Shown piece by piece: positions 55,320-64,000 of a stretch of DNA of 64,000 bases. Source of the stretch: Octopus sinensis (Eukaryota); NCBI RefSeq assembly GCF_006345805.1, contig NC_042998.1:129828001-129892000 (forward strand). Reading direction: 5' to 3'. The position numbers and the translations under genes are program-made. The notes beneath the pieces are model-generated. The model was not told where the DNA came from. It ran no database searches and worked only from the letters and a program-made list of their open reading frames with translations. Each line of letters begins with the position of its first letter. The stretch's first letter is position 1.

Positions 55320-55648
55320 TTGCAGATGTTGATGTGTTTACATCCCCATAATCTAGCGGTTCGGCAAAGGGAACGATAGAATAAGTTCTAGGCTTACAAA
55401 GAATAAGTCCTGAGGTGGATTTGTTAGACTAAAGGCAGTTCTCCAGTATGGCCGCAGTCAAATAACTGAAACAAATAAAAGAATATTCTTTTATTTGTTT
55501 CAGTCATTTAACTGCGGCCATGCTCGAGCACCGCCTTTAGTCGAACAAATTGACCCTCTAACTTATTCATTGTAAGCCTAGAACTTATTCTATCGGACTC
55601 TTAGGTCGAACAGCTGAATTATGGGGACATAAACACATCAACATCGGT
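55320..55648. repeat. Tail-to-tail SINE family A pair forming a spacerless inverted repeat
   Basis: Perfect 38-bp palindrome at 55466-55503; imperfect arms extend ~160 bp on each side. Confidence 0.85.
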
Positions 55649-55876
55649 ATACATATGTATATATTGCATATATATGTATATAAACACACACACACCAACA
55701 TATATATATATATATATGTATATTGCATACATACATATATATATTATTAATAAGAAATAATAATAATAATATTGGTGGAAAATACGACATATATGGATAA
55801 ATGTATATATATATATATACTATTATCAATAAGCAATAACGAAATATTAGTGGCCTATATGGTTTCTTTATATATA

Positions 55877-55909
<33 letters not shown>

Positions 55910-56025
55910 CATACATACACATACAATATACATATATAGATAAGTATATAAATAAATATGCTATATATACATATATATATATATATATACATATATAATT
56001 GATATATATATATGTATACTATATG

Positions 56026-56056
<31 letters not shown>

Positions 56057-57116
56057 ATAATATATATAAATATATGTATATATATTATATATATATATAT
56101 AATATATATAATATATATACATACACCCATACATTTATTTATTTATTATTTATACACCTATTCCTACACATTCTTGTTACATCTGTGTCAAATAATTACA
56201 TACCAAGAAAGTGGAGGAAAAAATAATCACATATCAGATATTATGCTATTTAAGCAGATTAAAGAATTATATTTTGACAGCAAATTCGGAAGAAATAAAA
56301 TACGAAAGAAAGAATAATTTGCACAACCAAATTATAGGAAAAAAATAAAGATGTAGACTTACAAATAATTACTATATAAAATGAAAACAATCTCACGAAG
56401 CCACCGAATGTAAAATATGTCAAATCGATTATTTTCATTTATTTAGGCCTCTATGTTCTATTCCACATATTTTTTCTTTACCAATAATATATATTAATAG
56501 TGGTAAATGAATTAGTAATTCTACCGTTAAAGATCGCATTTTGTAAAAAGTAAAAGAAAGGAATTACTTTGGCAGTATTGTAAAGCTATGCATTCTACTA
56601 TTTTATACATTTTATAATGTAAAGAAGTGCTCTAATAACAGATCAATAAAATCTTGCCAACGAGGCTAAAGTTTATGTGACGTTCTACGTGTGGCAAATA
56701 TCTACCAAATCCACGGAATCTCACACTCAATTGCTCTGAAATTCAAAAGAGGACGCAAGATGGCCCTGCAGGAACAATTTGTCATAGTTCAAGTGCCTTA
56801 CTAAGTTTTTTTTTAAATGTCTGGTCAACTATGGCTACCTTGGAACTGAGAATATATAGAGAACAATTTGCGAATGTGCATAATACATGCATACAACGAT
56901 CATCAAATTTATATTGTAATTATATTAGTGAAATAGAAACACAGTAATGGTTCTCTTTCGATTTCGAGATTCTAAACCGTTTGAATTTCGCTTAAGGGGC
57001 TTATATTTGGTAATATATGATTTTATAAACGACATGAAATTAATAAAGAACCGAAATATTTTCCCTCGGCGAAAGGGCATTTTGAAAGCAAGAAAGTGAT
57101 ATCTAAGCCAACCAGC

Positions 57117-57150
<34 letters not shown>

Positions 57151-57744
57151 ATATATATATATATATATACAGCAATAAGAAAATGGAAGGGATCAAGAGG
57201 TGGTATTCGTCAACTTTTAGACATTATATTATGTCTATTTATTTATTAAAAAAACAATTATAACAATAGACATACATGTTTAACGCAAATGCTTAACATA
57301 TATAATATATAAAAATACCAGTAATTATTAAAATATTAAATACCCCACAATGGAGTACTATGGCCTCTTGACTGAAACAGCTGTAAGATACTATCCTACT
57401 TTCTATGCTCTACGTTATAGTTTAATAATTACTGATATTTTTTATATATTATATATGTAAAGCATAATATGTTATACATGTATATCGTTATAATTGTTTT
57501 TTTAAATAAATAAACAGACATAATATATTGTTTAAAAGTTGATGAACACCACCTCATGACCCCCTCCATTTTCTTATTGCTGTATAAATTAGGGGTAAAA
57601 ATTTTTTTACCCTCACCCATTTATTATATTCGGTCGTGTAATTGCCATGCAATGAAAAAACACTTGTGTATTAATAATTGGGTAATCCACCAGCAGTATA
57701 TTGGATATATATTATCCCTTAGTTGATTGGATTTACACCCTCAA

Positions 57745-57777
<33 letters not shown>

Positions 57778-59141
57778 TACATATGGACACACGCACACAC
57801 ACACATATATGTATATAAAGAAATATATGTATAAATATAAATATATATAGCAATATTAAATCTCTGGGCGAGAAGTAAACAGTACGGAATCGTAAAATAT
57901 AATTGCCAACTAAATGTGGCGGACACTAGAGGACGATGCTACTGTTATATATAACGGCTGCAACCATAAAGATGCAAAACAGTTAAATAAGTATATTCAT
58001 CTCCCATACTTTCTGTCATTTTATGGGTTATATATATATACGTGTGTATGTGTATTTGCGTGTGTGTGTGTGTGTATGCGTATGTGTGTGTGCGTGTGTG
58101 TGTGCGAGTGCGTGCGTGCACATGCGTTGTGTGTGTGTGTATGTGTGTGTGTGTGTGTGTGGATGTGTGTGTCTACATGTGTGCTCTTTCAACTTTCTGA
58201 CCTGCTATAGAATTTATTAGGAAAAAACTTTAGCGGCTTAATAGTCTAAAACAAAATTTATTGGGTACATATTTTAAAATGATCCTGAAAAATACTTCAC
58301 CACTTTTGAGAACCATTTATAAAGTATATTACCGTTTTAAAAATGGTTTCAGATCTTTAGTTCAACCATAGTGGTCAGCTAATATACTGACATATAATCT
58401 AATGATATATGGAGAGGTTTTCCTTTAAATCCTCTTTTTGATACATTTTGACTTTATTATGGTTATATTTTAAGATCAGTACAGATTATATATAGCCTGA
58501 AGGAAATATTTGGTATGTTTTTCCTGCTATGCTGATGTAACACTACTGTTTTTGTGAAAAACTTGTCTTCCCGTATATTTTTGTTGAAGTTTTTGGATTT
58601 TCCAGAGGCAGCTATTGATTGCTAAGCGGTAGTGTTAAACAGAATAACTGGTTAAATTAGTCACACAAGTAGGCCATGGCGGAATTTGAACCGTGAATGC
58701 AAAAAACGCATAAAGTAAAATGGAAGAAATAACACAAGATATTTGGAAACACGTTATTAAAATTCTGTCAATTAACCATCTTGAATTGGTACTTTTTTCC
58801 GGAGACTATGAGGCTGAAAAACAAAGTTGATCTCGGCAGCATTTGAAATCAGAGAATTAGATCAACGAAAACTGGAAAATATACGGGCAGCATTCTCTGT
58901 GACGCTCTAACGAGTCTGTCAATTTGGCATCTGTCTCTATCTACCTATACACATAGCAGTATATATGTGTGTATGCACGCGCGGGTGTGTATGTGATTTA
59001 AGTCCTGATTGTTCTCAGAAACGATGCAAAGTATATTTACTTCATTGTGCACAGTTTTGAGTTATACATTACATATTGTCCCCCTCATATATGCGGTTAC
59101 CGAAATACTCATTATGATAATGTACATTATTATATACAAGA

Positions 59142-59372
59142 TGAAAATGCAGCTCATCGTTGACGAGATCCAGAGCGAATCGCAGAAGGACCTCCTCGAA
59201 TTGCTTATGGAAAGCGACTTCCAGGCCGGATTCGAAAAGTGGCAGGAACGCTGGGACTGGTGCATTGCTGTGCAAAGTGACTATTTCGAAGGAAATGATG
59301 CTAAACTTAGGCAAAATAAGTTATTTCTAATTAATCATAACTAATCCGGAAACCTTTTGATACCTCCTCGTA
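59142..59372 (+). mobile_element. Mariner 3' fragment
   Basis: DEIQSESQK..FQAGFEKWQERWDWCIAVQSDYFEG; terminal CCGGAAACCTTTTGATACCTCCTCG-TA. Confidence 0.8.
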
Positions 59373-62087
59373 AAACCAAGAATTTAAGCTAAGTGTTATC
59401 TTTAGGAAATAATCAGCCCTAATATTTCTTTCGGAAACCGCGATGACATGAAAGTGTAAAACAGATGTTAAAGAGCTGTGTAATTTATGAAGGCGAGTAA
59501 TGGCTATTTTACATTTGGTTATGTGTTCTGAAATTCAGATGAAGCCATAACTTCTGAAAAGCATTTTGTTTCAGGGTTGAACTGGTGCTAAACAAAGAAG
59601 GTTCACTCGATTGATTAACATTAAATCACTGAGAGTCACGCCTCTGTTCGTGGTTTCCTTGCCTTCAGGCATTCTTTTTTTTTTCCTATCGCAATTATAA
59701 TCTGTTACTAGGCGTTGTTTGGACTCGTGCATTCGTCATTCAGGCACTCTCTACCTCTCGTAACTTTCTACTTCTCATAAGGTTTATTGCATCCAAACTC
59801 CATACCCTTGCACTATGACTATGCCTAGGTTTCCCTCCAAAAATTGGAATCTTCTCTCCGCTTGAATGTTTTCCTTCAGATATTGGCTTTCAACAATTTA
59901 AACTGAAAATTTACTCCATGAATCTGTCCGATATCACAGCATCTACAAAGAACATGGTGACTCAACTTCCTTCCAGTCAGATACTGTAAGCAATAACCTG
60001 CGACAATAATGGAAGTATAACAAATACGTTTGATTCTAATGTCTTTGTCAGTACAAAATCTATACACATTCCTATGAAAGGAAAACGAATCGTTTAATCA
60101 GACCATTAGCTTTATAATCATAGGTGCCTCCATTGTAATAAGGCATTGATTCACTCACACAAAAGAAATAGCGTATGCTTACATATTTTTATATACTAGC
60201 TTATTTTTACATCTAATTTGAAATTGATTTTAAATGATAAAATGTATATAATATTGATATAGAAAAATTTTAAATGTGACGTCTAAATAATTCTCGTGTT
60301 TTTTTTTTATGATTCATTAACTATTAATTACTATAGCATTATAGATATTTTACACTACTGGGCAATTGCATATCTTAATTTTATTCATAATCACACATAA
60401 ATCTTTGTGTATTAATACACAAGTACAGTAGAGCAGTATTCAAGACAATACTGTCAAATGAATAGTAAATGAAATAGTTATTTTAAAAATTAGATGATGT
60501 CGTAAATCGTATAAGAAGGATATAACATTATATAAAAATAAGTGCTTCACAATCTAAAGGTTATAGTACATATAACAGTAAATTTCTTAAAAAATTAAAT
60601 ACCTTGAATTATAATATGAATCGCTTTAGATATAACAATTAAATAAATACACCTTTCAATGCATGGCGAATATTTAGAATATCAGTAAAACCTTAATATT
60701 CTTACAGAAAAAGGGCAATCTATGTAAATTAGGGAAATGCAATAAAGTCTTACGCACTGGCATTAGTTCAAAATACAAAATCATATATAGCGTGTAAAAA
60801 AGTATAGTATAATATTACATGAATTAGGCATAGATTAGAATGTGTAACTTAACTCGAAGCCTGCATCATCCACAAATGTCACAAGCAGAATTTTGTTTCA
60901 GATCAAAAATATATTTTTTTTTAGTTTTACTGTAACTGATATCATATTCATTAGTAAATACAGTTTATATGAAACTGACACTAAAAGGAAAGCACAGCAT
61001 CAAATCTCGTCATCCGCACAAGAGTGAGTCAGTTATAAACTCATTTGAAAAATATTAATTCAAATATGTATATTCTGCGGTATAACTTGTAGATATTACG
61101 TATTTCATTTATTTGGTATATCCAAGGTTCATTGCCGTTGTTTCTTAATTCTCATTCATACTGAATCATCGCAACGACTGCCTGTTGAATAATTGTGCAC
61201 TCTCAGTGATTAAAACCGTTGTTTCGGTTGAGTAAAATCGTGCTGCCTAGGTTTAATATACGTGTGTGCGCACATACACACACGTACACACAGACATACA
61301 TATATTCTGTGTGTATTTATATATAGATGAGCATGTAGATCTGTGTATGTGCTTTTGTGCATGTGTATGCTTGTCTCTGAGCACACGTGAGATTGTATAT
61401 GTATGAGTGCAGATGTAATCTGTAATCCATTCACTTCAGCGAATGTCACAAGTAGAGTCCCAATAATGTAATATTGTATTACTTACGTTCTTTTATTTCA
61501 AGATGGTATTTGTGATAATTTACAGATTTCAATTCAACAGATTATTCTTACCAGATTAAAGCTGATTTCAATCAAAGCTGACTCAAGCTGAATTTTGATA
61601 TATTTTCAATTTCGCATGATCTTTCCTTGTCATATTGTCTTCAACTAATTTTGTTTTTTGTTCTTTTTTATTATTTTCATTTATACATTGGTTTCATTCT
61701 TTCTGTATTCCTTTCATGTCTCTTTCCTTTCCTTTCTTTCTTCCGTCTTTTATGTTTTCTTGCTTTCTTACCTAATTACTTTCAGCTACTTATCTTTATC
61801 TGCAGTTTCTTTTTCATTATTCTTTCCGCCATTTCTGTCTCCTCCTTTACCCTCTTCATTTTCTTCCTCTCCGTTTTACACCTACTCATCCACGTTTCCG
61901 CTTTATCTATCCACTGATTGTCATGGTTTCCATCATTCTGGTTTTCTTCGTCGACTGTATTCTGCACAAAGTATATATATTACATTATGTTTACACGCGC
62001 ACGTGCACGCACGGTTCTATCTATATGTCTACTACTTTCTTTTGTATATACATACATACATACATACATATATATATATATATATTA

Positions 62088-62142
<55 letters not shown>

Positions 62143-62188
62143 GATAGATAGATAGATAGATACATACATACATACATACATACATACA

Positions 62189-62224
<36 letters not shown>

Positions 62225-62780
62225 TATATATAAACCTACACATATATGCAATGAAAACATAGCGAGTGACTGTGATTCAGAAGTTTCCCCAGTAAGTGCT
62301 TTACGGACATTTTTGTTTTGTAACACTGTGTGCTAAGATGTTGCGCGTGAAATTTTAAAACCAGAATTACTTTCTATTTCTACCTAAATTCTAATAGATT
62401 ATTCAGCCTCTCTTCGTATAACTGTATCTCCAGTATTCATTAGCACATGACTACAAAATAATTATTCATTATATTGTATTTATTGTATATAAGTATAATT
62501 CAATTCGCATTTACACTTCGAAGCTATTCCTCAGTAAACGCTAACAATATATTTCACAACGATTATATGCAGATGGGACTTCAATATCCCAGTTAAAACT
62601 TCCTAATTTATGGTTCCTACTGCTGACAAATTCTTGAAAGATATCGTAAAATGCCATGGCTAGAATTTGAGTTCAATCACCTCAGGAACCGGCATCCAAT
62701 AATATAATTGAATGCCGATTTTGTTTTAAGTAATGTACTCAAATGCAAATACTCACATGTATATACAGGATGTGTACATG

Positions 62781-62869
<89 letters not shown>

Positions 62870-63012
62870 GTCTCTCTGTCTGTGTGCGCGCGAGCACACA
62901 CACACCACACACAAACATACACACACACATATATATAAATATATATATATATATATCTACCTATCTGCAAATCTATGTTTGAGTATATATATGTATATAT
63001 ATATATATGCAT

Positions 63013-63207
63013 AGGAGTGGCTGTGTGGTGAATAGCTTGCTTACGAACCTCATGCTTCCGGGTTGAGTCCCACTGCGTGGCACCTTGAGCAAGTGTCTTC
63101 TGCTATAGCCTAGGGCCGACAAAAGCCTTATGAATGGAATTGGTAGAGGGAAACTGAAAGAAGCTCGTCATATATATGTATATATATATATATATATATA
63201 TGTGAGT

Positions 63208-63248
<41 letters not shown>

Positions 63249-63422
63249 TGTATATGTTTCTGTGTGTTTAGGTCCCTGTAATCTAGCGGTTCGGCAAAAG
63301 AGACCGATAGAATAAGTATTAGGCTTACAAAGAATAAGTTCTGAGGTTAATTTGCTCGACTAAAAAGCGGTGCTCCAGCATGGCACAGTCAAATGACTGA
63401 AAAAAGTAAAAGAGTAAAAGAG
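63013..63422 (+). mobile_element. Full-length tRNA-derived SINE family A
   Basis: Head TGGCTGTGTGG..GGGTTGAGTCC, internal (TA)/(TG) tract, tail GCGGTGCTCCAGCATGGC.CAGTCAAATGACTGAAA + (GTAAAAGA)n; partial copies at 14790, 15170, 48715, 55320 and elsewhere. Confidence 0.8.
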
Positions 63423-64000
63423 TATATACAAATGTATATAGATATATGTAAGTACACATATATATATACACGCACACATTTATATATCTTATCGTATGTG
63501 TGTATGTGTATGTTTCTGTGTGTTTGTGTATGTATATGTCTTTGCGTATAAACATATACATTAATATGGAAAGAATAGAATATAGAAGCGTTCACTTTTA
63601 TATTAATAACTATGGAACACTTGTGGGAATATTATCTGTATGAACTTCAAGGGCTAGTTTTACTTATAGAATTATTAATTTACCGATACTGTTTTTGTTT
63701 ATAGGGTAAATGTGCTTCTTTTGTTGTAATTTAATTAATAATGCTAGTGTTTGATCCTTTCTCGAATTAAGATTGAATGAATGTGGCGATATCTAAGGTA
63801 TGTTTGTTCCGAAACAACACTTATTTTAGTACTGTTGACACCGCCGGATTGCATGGTACTGCCCAGGTGTCGAAACCATAGTGGTATCCGTGGGGCAGCT
63901 GAAGATGGAGGTTGGTATGGTTGTTATTGTATGTGTGGAATAGTTTTCTAAGACATTCATTTGATATATATGCATGCAAATATATATGTGTGTGTGTGTG

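Noticed and set aside
59533-59570. Degenerate hammerhead CAGATGAAGCC..GAAAAGCATT
   Set aside because: Core, helix II and helix I all need mismatches; single copy

Overview
AT-rich, microsatellite-saturated animal genomic DNA. The repeat content suggests an octopus-like cephalopod, but that is inference from recall. No host gene, true tRNA/rRNA gene or CRISPR array could be supported, and almost all short ORFs in the track are translations of simple repeats. The dominant feature is a 6.2-kb Penelope-like retroelement (PLE; RT plus C-terminal GIY-YIG) at 4796-11008. It is a near full-length minus-strand copy with direct pseudo-LTRs plus a head-to-head inverted 5'-truncated copy, sitting in (TA)n. 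Each pseudo-LTR carries a minimal type I hammerhead ribozyme (HHR) motif with a U3-A8 core variant. At least five further unrelated short non-coding repeat families also carry minimal HHR-like motifs with palindromic helix III. One of them has a tRNA-like Pol III head, making it a candidate PLE-dependent SINE. Two of these loci repeat the head-to-head inverted layout of the autonomous PLE. The rest is decayed CR1, Tx1, R4/Dong and RTE LINEs, SINEs whose tails match local LINE 3' ends, Tc1/mariner relics, two Helitrons and a hAT MITE. All ribozyme calls are by eye and untested.
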